Positions 36,817-49,094 are shown, numbered from the stretch's first letter. The stretch: DNA of 64,000 bases from Candidatus Gastranaerophilales bacterium (GCA_944323485.1 CALUSR010000001.1:482123-546122); one strand, 5' to 3'. Translations and numbers: made by a program. The notes: generated from the letters alone by a model not told the origin.

Positions 36817-37479
36817 TTACTCTTTTGCTAAAATGCTTGCTAATTCTATATCTTCAGGGGTTGTAATTTTTATGTTTTTGTAACATCCCTTAACAATATA
36901 CACATTGATTCCCATTTTTTCTATCAGATAAGAATCATCTGTTGCGTTCTCTCCTTTGAATAATTCATGAGCTTTTTTGATGTCTTCAAATCTGAAAGCC
37001 TGCGGTGTTTGTATCTGATAGAGGTATTTACGGTTTGGAGTTTCCGTTATTTTTCCTTCATTATCCGCTTTTTTGATGGTGTCCTTGACCGGCATGGCGG
37101 CAACTACGGCATGCCTTTTTTGGACTTCGTTTATTGTATTATTTACAATTAATTGAGTGACAAGGGCACGTGCACCGTCATGTATCAAAACATAGTCACA
37201 ATCCCGGCATGCCTGTAAACCGTTGTAAACAGACTCTTGACGTGAATTTCCTCCATTGACTGTCTTTGACTTTAAAAATGAACGTTGTTTAATTATAGAG
37301 TTAATTCCGTCGATTGAGTTATTTGAGGCAGGAATGATTATTTCTGATATTTGGGGGTTATTCTCAAATATTTCAATGGTTTTTTCGATGACTGTTTTTC
37401 CGTTGATTTTTTCAAAGAGTTTGTTTTTTCCAAAGCGGCTTGAGCTTCCGCCTGAGGGTATAATTGCTGCAATTTTCAT
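36817..37479 (-). CDS. ispD: 2-C-methyl-D-erythritol 4-phosphate cytidylyltransferase
   Basis: G.SSRFG.NK, GG.SRQESV.NGL, VLIHDGAR, IQTPQAF, TDD, NIKITTPED. Confidence 0.95.
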   Translation of the reverse strand: MKIAAIIPSGGSSSRFGKNKLFEKINGKTVIEKTIEIFENNPQISEIIIPASNNSIDGINSIIKQRSFLKSKTVNGGNSRQESVYNGLQACRDCDYVLIHDGARALVTQLIVNNTINEVQKRHAVVAAMPVKDTIKKADNEGKITETPNRKYLYQIQTPQAFRFEDIKKAHELFKGENATDDSYLIEKMGINVYIVKGCYKNIKITTPEDIELASILAKE

Positions 37480-38444
37480 GTATTTTCTCTTTCTTCAAAG
37501 TGGTTGAAACATCTGTTTTTGATATCTTCTTCATCGAGAGTGAGGAAGGTGTTATTGTCTTTTATGCAGACATAGTGTTCTTTTTTCTCTGTCATATATC
37601 CTATTTGAGAGAGATGAAGTCCTTGTTTTTGCAGGTTTTCGAAAGATTTTTCATCGGCTGTGCCTACAAGCTGGTAGTCTTCGGCACCGAAAAGAATCCA
37701 ATTTTTGTAATTTTGGTTGAGTGTTTGAGCAAATTTTTTCATTTCTTCATCAAAAGGTACCAGTGACATATCAACATTTGCCGTCAGATTGCTTGATGAT
37801 GATATTTTGAAGAGAGCATCCCCAAGTCCGTCGCTTGAGTCCATTAAGCAGGCATTTTTTATGTTTGATACGATTTTTCGTCCTGTTTCAAGAAGCGGAA
37901 CAGGTGAGATATGTGCATTAATGAGCTTTTGAGGGACGGATATTTTATTTTCAAGAGCCAGAAAGCCTGCAAAACTTGAACCATGTACTCCTGTTGTGAA
38001 GATGATATCTCCTTGTTTTGCATTTGACCGTTTTGCGGGTGTTATTCCGTTGTTTATACCTATTGCGCAGATGCTTATTGAAATTTTATCAGAGCCTGTG
38101 ATATCTCCTCCTGCGACGGAGAGGTTAAACTCCTGGCACATTGAGTCTACGCCTTGATAGAATTCTTTGACGAAATTTTCTTGTATGTTCTGAGGAAGGG
38201 ATAAAGAAATCATCAAATATTTTGCCTGTGCGCCTGAGGCTGCTATATCACTCAGGTTTACTGCTACTGATTTTTTCCCGATATGAAACGGTGAGATTGT
38301 TGATGTCCTAAAGTGTATATCCTCGATGAGTGAATCTTGAGTGACGGTTATGCCGAGGTCATTCAGGCATGCCGTGTCATCACCAATCAACGAGTTGTTT
38401 GAGAGAGTATTTTTGATTATGTTGATGATATCGAGTTCGTTCAT
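37476..38444 (-). CDS. thiL: Thiamine-monophosphate kinase
   Basis: IGDDTA, E.IHF, G.K.VAVNLSDIAA.GA, GGD, D.SDGL, GAEDYQL. Confidence 0.93.
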   Translation of the reverse strand: MNELDIINIIKNTLSNNSLIGDDTACLNDLGITVTQDSLIEDIHFRTSTISPFHIGKKSVAVNLSDIAASGAQAKYLMISLSLPQNIQENFVKEFYQGVDSMCQEFNLSVAGGDITGSDKISISICAIGINNGITPAKRSNAKQGDIIFTTGVHGSSFAGFLALENKISVPQKLINAHISPVPLLETGRKIVSNIKNACLMDSSDGLGDALFKISSSSNLTANVDMSLVPFDEEMKKFAQTLNQNYKNWILFGAEDYQLVGTADEKSFENLQKQGLHLSQIGYMTEKKEHYVCIKDNNTFLTLDEEDIKNRCFNHFEERENT

Positions 38445-38469
38445 AGAATTATTTTAAAATAAACGTCAA

Positions 38470-38497
38470 AAAGAAGCCAAATAACTTTGGCTTCTTT
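38470..38497. terminator. Intrinsic terminator
   Basis: AAAGAAGCCAA-ATAACT-TTGGCTTCTTT. Confidence 0.75.
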
Positions 38498-38517
38498 CTC
38501 AAGAATTTAAAATTTTT

Positions 38518-38838
38518 CTATCCAAAATAATAAAGTTCTTGACCTTGTTCGGCTGTTCTTGTCTCTGGTTTGAACGGATTGCAGTTGCTTACATCAAAGT
38601 CCGCAAGACTGCCTTGGGCGAACTTGGCATATGCGTTTTGGGGTATTTCTTCGTTTTGTCTGACCTGTTGTCCGTTCCATAGCCCTTTATGGTTGACATT
38701 TTCTTCCGAACTAACTTTTCTAAAAATACCATCATCAGAATCTATTTTTTTACTTTCGGGCGGTCTTGTTGTAAATGGAAATGGGTTTCTGTTATCTTGC
38801 GGCCAGGCTCCTCCTATTGCCATGTGTTCAAAAGACAT
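38518..38838 (-). CDS. Hypothetical protein (106 aa, hydrophilic)
   Basis: GGAG RBS upstream and a terminator downstream. Confidence 0.65.
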   Translation of the reverse strand: MSFEHMAIGGAWPQDNRNPFPFTTRPPESKKIDSDDGIFRKVSSEENVNHKGLWNGQQVRQNEEIPQNAYAKFAQGSLADFDVSNCNPFKPETRTAEQGQELYYFG

Positions 38839-38927
38839 ATTAACTCCATAAAATTACTGATAACTATATACATGAAGTATTTTTTTTACCGGTAATTGCT
38901 GAAGTTATTGTTCTTTTTAAGAAAAGT

Positions 38928-39386
38928 TTACATATTGCCAAACTTGCTCATAGAAGAGCATGATGAGGACAGGCAGCTGATTTTTACGAAGCATTGATTG
39001 TTGTATGTACCGAGCACAGAGAAAATTCTGTCACCTGTGAGATTATTTTGGGCGATAATAAAACCTTTTTGAGTATCATATGAAAGAATTTTGAAATCTT
39101 TTTGACTGAGCAGGTTTATAACCTGAGGCAGCGCATCATCAAATGAGCCTGTAAGTTTTGCCATAATTGCACTTGGCTGCGGGAGTGCTGGAGCAGTCTG
39201 TGCCTGTTGAGGAACGGTTGTTGCTGATGCCGTTTTGATTGTTGTTTGTGCAGATGTTTGAGGCAGTGTTGTCGGGTTATTTTGTTTGATTATTTCTTCA
39301 GCGGGCAGTTTTATCATCCCGTAGTCTGCCATGCTTATCATAGGACAGCTTGCAAGAAGAAACAGTGATAAAATTATTTTTTTCAT
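38928..39386 (-). CDS. Exported hypothetical protein
   Basis: Signal peptide and a T/P/A-rich linker; 3 nt downstream of polA. Confidence 0.65.
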   Translation of the reverse strand: MKKIILSLFLLASCPMISMADYGMIKLPAEEIIKQNNPTTLPQTSAQTTIKTASATTVPQQAQTAPALPQPSAIMAKLTGSFDDALPQVINLLSQKDFKILSYDTQKGFIIAQNNLTGDRIFSVLGTYNNQCFVKISCLSSSCSSMSKFGNM

Positions 39387-39389
39387 AGG

Positions 39390-42293
39390 CTACACCACAA
39401 TCGGCTCTTCGTCCGTTTCCATCCAACTTGAACCTTGTTGGAAATCTACTACCAATGGTACATCCAGTGGTTGGTTCAATTCCATGGATTTTTTTACCAA
39501 TTCTATTAACTCATCTTTTTTATTTTTGCTTATTTCAAAAACTAATTCATCATGCACTTGAAGTATCATTTTGGCAGGTAAATTTGAATTTTTCAGTTTA
39601 TCATAAACATCAATCATCGCCAGTTTGATTAGGTCAGCAGCGCTGCCTTGCAGCGGGGTGTTAATTGCCGCACGCTCCGCAAATTCTCTTATGTTACGGT
39701 TGCGGCTTGAAAGTTCTTCTCCGAGGTATCTTCTTCTCCCGTACATTGTTTCTACATAGCCGTATTGATGAGCAAACTCTTTTGTCGAGTCCATGAACTG
39801 TTTTACCTTGGGATATGTATCGAAGTATTTATCTATAAACTCTCTCGCTTCAAAGGGAGTTATTCCGAGCGCTTCAGATAGTCCGAAGCTGCTTTGTCCG
39901 TAGACGATACCAAAGTTAACGGCTTTTGCCTTCCTTCTCATTTCTTTTGTCACTTCATCGACTGGGACATCGAAGACTTTTGAGGCTGTTGCCGTGTGGA
40001 TATCTATGTCGTTATTGAAGGCGCTGATAAGATGTTCGTCTTTTGAAAAATGAGCGAGCAGGCGGAGTTCTATCTGGGAGTAGTCAGCTGAGATTATCAG
40101 TGATGATGGATTTTCCGGTGTGAAACAGGCCCTTATTCTATTTCCTAGAGGGGTTCTTATTGGGATATTCTGCAGATTCGGGTTGCTGCTCGAGAGACGT
40201 CCTGTTGCCGTGATTGTCTGGTTAAAGCTTGTGTGAATGCGGTTGTCTACAGGGTTAACCATTTGAGGCAGGGCATCAATATAGGTTGTTTTGAGCTTTG
40301 TAAGGTGTCTTTGCTCAAGCATTAGTTTTGCTATTTCATAATCCTTTGCAAGAGTTTCGAGGATGTCCGCACTTGTTGAATATCCTGTTTTGGTTTTCTT
40401 TTTTCCGGGGAGGTTCATTTTATCAAACAGGATTTCAGCCACCTGTTTCGGGGAGTTTATGTTGAATATTTGACCTGCTTCGGAATAAATTTTTGCTTCG
40501 ATTACTTCAAGATTGCTTTGAAGCTCATAAGACAGCTCTTTAAGGTAGTCAGTATCAATGTGTACTCCTGTTCTTTCCATATAGGCAAGCACAAACATAA
40601 GAGGCAGTTCTATTTTGTCATGAAGATTTTTTTGTTTTTCATCGAGATTCAAGTGATAAAACTTTCCGAGTTCAAGAGTGGCAAATGCATCATCACAGGC
40701 GTAGTTTCCGACGTCTTTGATTGGGAGGTTGTCAACAGTTTGCATTTTTTTCCCTTTACCTGTTAACTCTTCAAAAGACTGCATCTCAAAGTTCAGAAGA
40801 GCGAGTGCCTGTTGTTTCAGTCCGTGTTTGAACGTCGGATTTTTGACATAACTTGCGAGCATGGTATCCATTTTTATGCCGTCGAGGTTGATGTTGCAGC
40901 GTTGGAAGATGTTTACTTCATATTTGGCATTTTGCAGGATTTTTATTTTTTGAGGTGATTCGAGGATAGGTTTGAGTTTTTCGAGAACATAATCAAATTC
41001 GAGTTCCTGATCTTCTTTGTGACCTACTGCTATATAAAAACTTTTTGTTTCAGGTTCTCCGTCAGTTATTTTGAAAGAGTTGTTTTCAAAGACAAAGTTT
41101 TTGTCGTAGGCAATGGCTATTCCTACAAGGTTTGCACTGAGTGTGTCAAGTCCTGTTGTTTCCGTATCAAGGGAGAAGAGGTTTATGTCTTTGAACTCTT
41201 CAAAAAAATTATCGAAATCTTGTTTTGTCGAGATTATTTTCTTGAATTTATTTTGATTTGACTGCAGTGGTTTTATTTCTCTTTCCGGTTCTTGTACGGT
41301 TGTAGCTGCTCCAAATAGTGACAGCTGGCTTTTTTGAGGTGTTATTTCCTGTGCATTTTCCAGCGACGGCTGTTCTTCGCAAGGGGTTTGAGTTTCTCCA
41401 AAGGGAAGGAGCAGGGAGTCAATTTGCCTTAGAAAACTGTAGAACTGGAGTTTTTTGAAAAAATCAGCAACTTTTTCAGCTTTTGGCATGGTCAAACAAG
41501 CTTTTTCAAAGTCAAAATCTATATCGACGTTTTTGTCTATTGTCGCTAAGAATTTGCTCATTTTAGCAATTTCTTCGCCGTCGATAAGTTTTTGTTTTAC
41601 GGCTTTTTGAGTTATTTTATCTATATTTTGATAGATATTTTCGAGAGTTTTGTATTCTCCGAGGAGTTTGACAGCTGTTTTATGCCCGATGCCTTTTACT
41701 CCGGGAATATTGTCAGAGGAATCGCCGCTAAGCGCTTTGTAGTCAACAATTTGTTCAGGGTAGACTTCCATTTTGCCGAATACTTTTTCGGTGTCATATT
41801 CTTCAAGACCGTTGAAAGAAGAAGGGATAAGAATTTTGATAAATCCTTCCTTATCGACAAGCTGGAAAGAGTCCCTATCACCGGTAAGAATAAAGGCATG
41901 ATGACCTGCTTCTTTTGCTTTTGTGGCGATAGTCCCTATTACGTCGTCGGCTTCGAAGTTTTCTTTTTTGTAGATAGGGATATCTAAAGCCTCAAGACCT
42001 TCGAATAAAAATTCCATCTGGGAGCGCATGGTGTCAGGCATGGATTCCCTGTTTGCTTTATAATCTTTGAATACATCAGTTCTGAATGTGTGCCTGCTGC
42101 AGTCAAAAGAAACGGCAATTGCATCGGGATGATGTTTTTTGAGTATGTCGAAAAAAGCTTTGAAAAAACCGTATACAGCCCAGGTCGGTTGGCCGTCAGA
42201 GGTTTTCATTCCTGTTCTTTCGAGAGCGAAGAACGAGCGATAGGCGAGGGCATGCCCGTCAATGAGTATTAAGTTTTTTGATTTCTCTCTCAT
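39390..42293 (-). CDS. polA: DNA polymerase I
   Basis: 5'-3' exonuclease (LIDGHAL.YR, EADDVIGT), 3'-5' exonuclease (LDTETTGL, YA.DDA), polymerase (ADYSQIELR, RR.AKAVNFGIVYG, LQVHDELVF). Confidence 0.97.
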   Translation of the reverse strand: MREKSKNLILIDGHALAYRSFFALERTGMKTSDGQPTWAVYGFFKAFFDILKKHHPDAIAVSFDCSRHTFRTDVFKDYKANRESMPDTMRSQMEFLFEGLEALDIPIYKKENFEADDVIGTIATKAKEAGHHAFILTGDRDSFQLVDKEGFIKILIPSSFNGLEEYDTEKVFGKMEVYPEQIVDYKALSGDSSDNIPGVKGIGHKTAVKLLGEYKTLENIYQNIDKITQKAVKQKLIDGEEIAKMSKFLATIDKNVDIDFDFEKACLTMPKAEKVADFFKKLQFYSFLRQIDSLLLPFGETQTPCEEQPSLENAQEITPQKSQLSLFGAATTVQEPEREIKPLQSNQNKFKKIISTKQDFDNFFEEFKDINLFSLDTETTGLDTLSANLVGIAIAYDKNFVFENNSFKITDGEPETKSFYIAVGHKEDQELEFDYVLEKLKPILESPQKIKILQNAKYEVNIFQRCNINLDGIKMDTMLASYVKNPTFKHGLKQQALALLNFEMQSFEELTGKGKKMQTVDNLPIKDVGNYACDDAFATLELGKFYHLNLDEKQKNLHDKIELPLMFVLAYMERTGVHIDTDYLKELSYELQSNLEVIEAKIYSEAGQIFNINSPKQVAEILFDKMNLPGKKKTKTGYSTSADILETLAKDYEIAKLMLEQRHLTKLKTTYIDALPQMVNPVDNRIHTSFNQTITATGRLSSSNPNLQNIPIRTPLGNRIRACFTPENPSSLIISADYSQIELRLLAHFSKDEHLISAFNNDIDIHTATASKVFDVPVDEVTKEMRRKAKAVNFGIVYGQSSFGLSEALGITPFEAREFIDKYFDTYPKVKQFMDSTKEFAHQYGYVETMYGRRRYLGEELSSRNRNIREFAERAAINTPLQGSAADLIKLAMIDVYDKLKNSNLPAKMILQVHDELVFEISKNKKDELIELVKKSMELNQPLDVPLVVDFQQGSSWMETDEEPIVV

Positions 42294-42397
42294 AATAAAT
42301 ATTGTAGTTTAGATTTGAATAAATTGAAAGAATTTGAGAAAGAATTTAAAAGAACTTTATGTTAATATGGGTTAGAAAATTTTAAGGAGAATAAATC

Positions 42398-43174
42398 GTG
42401 TTATTTGTGGCAGATATAGGAAATACGAGTACTACCATAGGAATTTATGACGGTAAAAACCTTGTGCACAGCTGGAGAGTTGCGAGTGATGACAAGCGTT
42501 CAGAGGATGAATACGGGGTTGTTTTATATAATTTTATAGAATTTGCCGGGCTTCATGGTAAGTTAGACGGGGCGATTATCTCGAGTGTTGTTTTATCGCT
42601 TACGGAGAAGTTTAAGTCTGCTATTGAGCGATATTTGTATATACCTGTTGTAAATCTGACTCACAAAACGAAAACAGGGATTATTCTTGATTTGGATAAG
42701 CCTGAAGAAACAGGACCTGATAGAATAGCAAATGCGGCTGCAGTGTATCATCTTTATAAGAAGACTTCGATAGTTGTTGATTTTGGGACTGCGACGACTT
42801 TTGATGTTGTGTTATCTGACGGAAGATTTTTGGGAGGAGTAATAGCTCCCGGGATACGTATTGGTGCGAAGGCATTGAGCAATTTTACTTCCCGTTTGCC
42901 GAAGGTAAAGATTGAGGCTCCGGCAAAGACTATCGGGAAAAATACTATTGATGCAATTTTATCTGGGCTTGTCGGCGGGCATGCCGCAATGATTGACGGT
43001 ATGGTAGACAGGATAGAAGATGAACTCGGTGAGCCTGCTATGTTGATTTTGACAGGCGGATATTCTGATATTGTTGTGGAGAGGATGAGCCATAGGTTTG
43101 ATATTCTTGATCATAATTTGACCCTTGAGGGGTTACGATTGATTTATGAAATGCAGAAGGTTTTAGTTCATTAA
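42398..43174 (+). CDS. coaX: Type III pantothenate kinase
   Basis: DIGNT.T, G.DRIAN, VVDFGTATTFD, GG.IAPG, TGG. Confidence 0.94.
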   Translation: MLFVADIGNTSTTIGIYDGKNLVHSWRVASDDKRSEDEYGVVLYNFIEFAGLHGKLDGAIISSVVLSLTEKFKSAIERYLYIPVVNLTHKTKTGIILDLDKPEETGPDRIANAAAVYHLYKKTSIVVDFGTATTFDVVLSDGRFLGGVIAPGIRIGAKALSNFTSRLPKVKIEAPAKTIGKNTIDAILSGLVGGHAAMIDGMVDRIEDELGEPAMLILTGGYSDIVVERMSHRFDILDHNLTLEGLRLIYEMQKVLVH

Positions 43175-43203
43175 TACTGTTTGATTACTAATATATATAA
43201 GAA

Positions 43204-43237
43204 AAAACGGCTTCAAGAATTTCTTGAAAGCCGTTTT
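43204..43237. terminator. Bidirectional terminator
   Basis: AAAACGGCTTCAAGAA ... TTCTTGAAAGCCGTTTT between convergent coaX and gap. Confidence 0.75.
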
Positions 43238-43260
43238 AAAATTATTTGGTTGAATACAAA

Positions 43261-44271
<1,011 letters not shown>

Positions 44272-44415
44272 TTAAGCTCCTCTTTTAAAATGTATAATGT
44301 TACTACTTAGTTATAAATAAAAAACAACTTCTTATCAAGTATTTAAAACATGTTTTGTTGATGTTATGATATTGACGACTATTTAGTTTAAATTTAATTA
44401 AGAAAGAGGGAAAAA

Positions 44416-46101
44416 ATGGCAAAAGAACTTTCTTCTCTTCAAAAAGAGAGATTGAACTATCAACCGAAGTTGCCTGGCGTTCTGGCAAACGGTGTAAAAA
44501 ACTTGTCTATGAAACAAGGTGAACCTACGGGTGCAGTAGCAGATGAAGCTGATATCAAAGCTTTATTCAAAAATTCTTTTGGTATGCCTATTGTTACTTT
44601 TGAAAAAGGCAGCAATGATGTATCTTCAAAACAGAGAAACGTTGGTGTAATCCTCTCCGGAGGACAGGCACCCGGCGGACATAATGTTATTGCCGGTCTT
44701 TATGATGCTCTGAAGGAAGCTAATCGTGAGAATAAACTCTACGGTTTTTTAGGTGGTCCATCAGGTATTATCGATGGTGAATACATCGAGTTTACTGATG
44801 AATATATTGATGCACACAGAAATACAGGTGGTTTTGACATTATCGGTTCCGGAAGAACAAAGTTGGAAACAGAAGAACAGTTCAAAAAAACCTGGGATAA
44901 CTGCAAAAAACTTGGAATTTCAGCTGTTGTAATCATCGGCGGTGATGATTCAAACACGAATGCCGCTACTTTAGGCGAATATTTTATGGCAAACAATGCC
45001 GGTATTCAGGTTATCGGATGTCCGAAGACAATAGACGGCGATTTGAAAAATGATTATATTGAAGTATCATTTGGTTTTGATACTGCAACAAAAACTTATT
45101 CCGAGTTAATCAGCAACATACAGCGTGATGTTCGTTCTGCAAAAAAATACTGGCACTTTATTAAACTTATGGGCAGAAGCGCTACTCACGTCGGTCTTGA
45201 GTGTGCTCTTCAAACCCAGCCTAATATTACATTGATTTCTGAAGAAGTTGAGCAGAAGAAAATGTCACTGGCTCAGATAGTTGATTATATGGCAGGGATT
45301 ATTGCGAAAAGAGCTGAAATGGGTAAAAACTTTGGAGTTGCTTTGATTCCCGAGGGAGTTATAGAATTTATCCCAGAGATGAAGGCTATGATTGCAAACC
45401 TAAACGATACACTTGCTGCTGCTAAAGATTTTGACAATCTTTCACAACAGGAAAAAATTGATTTTGTTGAGTCAAAACTTGATTCTGCAAGTGCTGCCGT
45501 ATTCAAATCTCTTCCTCGCCTGATTCAAAATCAGCTGTTGATGGATAGAGATCCTCATGGAAATGTTCAGGTTTCAAAAATTGAAACTGAAAAATTGCTT
45601 ATTGAAATGATTAAAGTAAAATTGAACGAGATGAAAAAGAATGGTCAGTACAACGGTAAGTTTTCTGATCAGGCACATTTCTTCGGTTATGAAGGAAGAT
45701 GTGCTTTCCCGACGAATTTTGATGCAGACTATTGTTATTCTCTCGGGTATAACGCATTTGCTTTAATCCAATTTGGTTTAAGCGGATACCTCTCTTCTAT
45801 CAGAAATTTGACAGCTCCGGCATCAGAATGGCTGGCAGGAGGTATTCCTCTTACTATGATGATGAATATGGAAAGACGTCATGGAAAGATGAAACCTGTA
45901 ATTCAAAAAGCACTTGTTGATTTGAATGGTCCCGTGTTCAAAAAATTGGAAGCAAACAGAGAGCAGTGGGCATTGAATGATGACTATGTCTTTGTTGGTG
46001 CTATTCAATACTTTGGACCGTCTTCTGTTTGTGATACAACAACCAAAACTCTTGCTCTTGAAAAAGAATGCGGCAAAAAATGTGAATGTGCTTGCAAATA
46101 G
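44416..46101 (+). CDS. pfp: Pyrophosphate-dependent phosphofructokinase
   Basis: [45 protein letters not shown]. Confidence 0.95.
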   Translation: MAKELSSLQKERLNYQPKLPGVLANGVKNLSMKQGEPTGAVADEADIKALFKNSFGMPIVTFEKGSNDVSSKQRNVGVILSGGQAPGGHNVIAGLYDALKEANRENKLYGFLGGPSGIIDGEYIEFTDEYIDAHRNTGGFDIIGSGRTKLETEEQFKKTWDNCKKLGISAVVIIGGDDSNTNAATLGEYFMANNAGIQVIGCPKTIDGDLKNDYIEVSFGFDTATKTYSELISNIQRDVRSAKKYWHFIKLMGRSATHVGLECALQTQPNITLISEEVEQKKMSLAQIVDYMAGIIAKRAEMGKNFGVALIPEGVIEFIPEMKAMIANLNDTLAAAKDFDNLSQQEKIDFVESKLDSASAAVFKSLPRLIQNQLLMDRDPHGNVQVSKIETEKLLIEMIKVKLNEMKKNGQYNGKFSDQAHFFGYEGRCAFPTNFDADYCYSLGYNAFALIQFGLSGYLSSIRNLTAPASEWLAGGIPLTMMMNMERRHGKMKPVIQKALVDLNGPVFKKLEANREQWALNDDYVFVGAIQYFGPSSVCDTTTKTLALEKECGKKCECACK

Positions 46102-46117
46102 GGTTAACAATGCTAAT

Positions 46118-46153
46118 AAAAAAGAGGAATCGTATTTCGATTCCTCTTTTTTT
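46118..46153. terminator. Bidirectional terminator
   Basis: AAAAAGAGGAATCG-TATTT-CGATTCCTCTTTTT. Confidence 0.85.
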
Positions 46154-46171
46154 GAAAATTTTTTGTCTAAT

Positions 46172-46360
46172 CTAATCTAGCAATTCTTCAAGAATCTCAG
46201 CATTTTTGCTTGCTCTTTGAGGATTGATGATTGTTGTTTTTTTGATATAACTCCTCAGAGCTTCTCTTACGAGTTCGCTTCTTGTTCTTTGTTCTTCGTT
46301 TGCCAGTTTATCTATTCTTGATAAAAATTCTTCTGGCATTGATATAAGCACTCTAGCCAT
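46172..46360 (-). CDS. CopG/ribbon-helix-helix family regulator
   Basis: RVLISMPEEFL.RID.LA.E..RTRSELVREAL..Y; GGAGG RBS. Confidence 0.85.
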   Translation of the reverse strand: MARVLISMPEEFLSRIDKLANEEQRTRSELVREALRSYIKKTTIINPQRASKNAEILEELLD

Positions 46361-46455
46361 AACTTTTCCCTCCTAAGTCTTTTTCTAAATAACAGTATAC
46401 AGCATATAACTTAAAGTAGCAAATTTTATATATCGAAGGATTAATTATTTTTTGT

Positions 46456-48615
46456 TTATTCGACAGGAGCAGGCACTGGAAGAGGTGCTTGTTTGGCACT
46501 TTCAGATGAAGTGTTTCCTTGTTCTGATGATATATCCTGAACTTTTTTAGAGCTGTCAAACAGTTTTTCTTTCAGGGTCTTTTTCTTTTTATCACCGTCA
46601 TTATCTTTCTCGGAATTATTCTGCTTCGGGTCTATAGGCAGAGGAACATCGAGTTTTGTATCGGCGTTAGAGTCAGGTGTAATATTTTGTTCATTAGCGT
46701 TTTCTTCGTCTGATTCCTCCGTAGGTACTTCGTCTTTGTCCTGTTGTTTGATATATCTGAGAGGTTCGATATCTATTTCAGGATAGTTGAATTTTGAAGG
46801 CGGGATATCGCTCAGGGCAACTTTCATGTAGTTTGCCCAGATTTGAGCGGGAAGAGTTCCTCCGGTGACATTTCTGTGAGGTTTATTGTTGTCATTTCCT
46901 ACCCACACACCTGTGACAATTTCAGGGGTATATGCAACAATACATGCATCGCGGTAGTTATCCGTTGTCCCTGTTTTACCTGCTATCTCACGGTCCTTCA
47001 TAATAATTGCTCTTGCCGTACCGTGGTTTACAACTTCTGTCAGCATTCTTGTCATTGTTGCCGCCGTATAAATATCGAGTACTTTTTCTTGTTGTTGTTT
47101 TGCTGTATAAACTACCCTGCCTGTTGAGGTAATGACCTGTTCTACAGAGTAGGGTTTTACTTTTATACCGTTATTTGCGAGTATTCCATAGGCGGTTGTA
47201 AGTTCAGAGAGTTTTACACCGCTTGAGCCAAGTGCGATTGTCAAATCATTTTGTATCGGTGTTGTAATTCCCATACTTCTTGTAATTCTGTAGACTTCAG
47301 ATAATCCGACCTGATGTATGAGTCTTGCAGCAACGACATTTGATGAAACAGTGAGTGCGGTATGGATTGGAATTTTGCCTCTGTATTTGTTGCCGTAATT
47401 CCTTGGTGCCCAGTCACCTATTTTGACAGGCATATCATCAAATATGTCGTTTGGTTTTATGCCGTTCAAGATGGCAGCTGTATATATAAACATCTTGAAA
47501 GCTGACCCTGGTTGTCTTACCGCATCGGTTACTCTGTTGAACTGGCTTTGTACATAATTTTTCCCGCCGACATAAGCGAGGATTTTTCCGGTTGGTACCT
47601 CAAAGGAGAAAAGAGCAGCCTGATCTTCAGGTTTTGTAAATCCCCATTTATTTAATCCGTTTACAACAGCGTCTTCTGCCGCTTTTTGGTCTTTATAGTT
47701 CAGGGTTGTAATAATTTTATATCCGCCGTTGCTGATTTGTTGTTCTGTAAAACCGAGTTCTTCTAGTTCATCAAGAACATAGTCTATAAAGTAAGGCGCT
47801 TTATTCAGCGAATAAGGTGAATGATTGGGATTTAGCTGTAGTTCGCTGTTGCAGGCTTCTTTATATTGTGCTTTGGTGATGTATTTTTCTTTTAACATTC
47901 TTTTGAGAACCTGTCTTTGGCGGTTGATTGCGTTCTCTTTTTTGTAGTAGGGCGAATATCTTGACGGTGCTTGAGGCAAACCTGCAATAAGCGCAATTTC
48001 AGGCAGTGTAAGTTCATCAAGCTTTTTGTTGAAATAAACTTGTGCCGCAGCGGCAACGCCATAGGCTCCTTCGCCGAGGTATACAGAGTTAAGGTATCTT
48101 GTAAGAATTTCATCTTTTGTTAGAGTTTTTTCTATTCTGTGGGAGATGACAAATTCTTTGATTTTTCTGTCCATGGTTTTTTCATTTGACAGATACATAA
48201 TACGTGCAAGCTGCTGGGTTATGGTGCTTGCACCCTGTGCGTATCTTCCAGCCTGTATGTTTGAGAACAGAGAGCGCATAAGAGCGAGAGTGTCAAATCC
48301 TCTGTGTTTATAGAAATTTTTATCTTCGGTTGCGATGACGGCTTTTTTCAAAAGGTCTGGTATTTCGCTTGATGACGCATTGATTGATTTATATGCGCTG
48401 AAGGTTTTAATAATTTCCCCGTCGCTTGATTCAAATTGCGTGACAAAATTCGGTCTGTATTTTGCTAGATCCGGAATTGGTTTTAGCGAAGCCAAAAACA
48501 TGTTGAGTGCAATATTTCCGGCGAGGAATATTGCTATCATTATTACACCTAGAGTTATAAACAAATCAGAGAAGGAAAAATCACTGTTTTTCTTTTTTCT
48601 ACGTTTTGCCGCCAT
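46456..48615 (-). CDS. Class A penicillin-binding protein (PBP1A family)
   Basis: EDKNFY.H.G.D, GASTITQQL, RK.KE, RQPGSAFK, S.N and KTGT motifs. Confidence 0.95.
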   Translation of the reverse strand: MAAKRRKKKNSDFSFSDLFITLGVIMIAIFLAGNIALNMFLASLKPIPDLAKYRPNFVTQFESSDGEIIKTFSAYKSINASSSEIPDLLKKAVIATEDKNFYKHRGFDTLALMRSLFSNIQAGRYAQGASTITQQLARIMYLSNEKTMDRKIKEFVISHRIEKTLTKDEILTRYLNSVYLGEGAYGVAAAAQVYFNKKLDELTLPEIALIAGLPQAPSRYSPYYKKENAINRQRQVLKRMLKEKYITKAQYKEACNSELQLNPNHSPYSLNKAPYFIDYVLDELEELGFTEQQISNGGYKIITTLNYKDQKAAEDAVVNGLNKWGFTKPEDQAALFSFEVPTGKILAYVGGKNYVQSQFNRVTDAVRQPGSAFKMFIYTAAILNGIKPNDIFDDMPVKIGDWAPRNYGNKYRGKIPIHTALTVSSNVVAARLIHQVGLSEVYRITRSMGITTPIQNDLTIALGSSGVKLSELTTAYGILANNGIKVKPYSVEQVITSTGRVVYTAKQQQEKVLDIYTAATMTRMLTEVVNHGTARAIIMKDREIAGKTGTTDNYRDACIVAYTPEIVTGVWVGNDNNKPHRNVTGGTLPAQIWANYMKVALSDIPPSKFNYPEIDIEPLRYIKQQDKDEVPTEESDEENANEQNITPDSNADTKLDVPLPIDPKQNNSEKDNDGDKKKKTLKEKLFDSSKKVQDISSEQGNTSSESAKQAPLPVPAPVE

Positions 48616-48689
48616 ATTATTTGCCTTTTATTTCTATGATTTAATTATTATATATTAAGCAAGATTTTTATACGATAATATTAACAATC

Positions 48690-49094
48690 ATGAATATATT
48701 AAATCTTTTACAATCCTGTTATTATGAATTTTTGTCTTATTTTGTTCCGGAGAAGATGTATTATGTAGCTAAAGGGAAATGTAAGCAGTGTGGCAAGTGC
48801 TGCAGGTATATGTATTCTATGGGGACGTCGTCAGAAACGGATTTTCGAATAATGCAGTTTTTATTTCCGAAATACAGACGTTTTGAAATTATAGGGAAGG
48901 ATGAATACGGAAATTTGGTTTTTGCATGCCGTCTGATAGGAAAAGACAATCTTTGTCCTGATTATGAAAACAGGCTTTATATATGCAGGAGGTATCCTAT
49001 GTTCAAATATAAGAACAGGGGAAATTTTCATCCGGGATGCGGCTTTGAGATGGTTCCTGAGAAGGAGTTTAAGAGTTTTTTAGATGGAAAATAA
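48690..49094 (+). CDS. YkgJ family CxxCxxCC cluster protein
   Basis: CKQCGKCC ... C..Y..R..ICR.YP ... CG. Confidence 0.8.
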   Translation: MNILNLLQSCYYEFLSYFVPEKMYYVAKGKCKQCGKCCRYMYSMGTSSETDFRIMQFLFPKYRRFEIIGKDEYGNLVFACRLIGKDNLCPDYENRLYICRRYPMFKYKNRGNFHPGCGFEMVPEKEFKSFLDGK

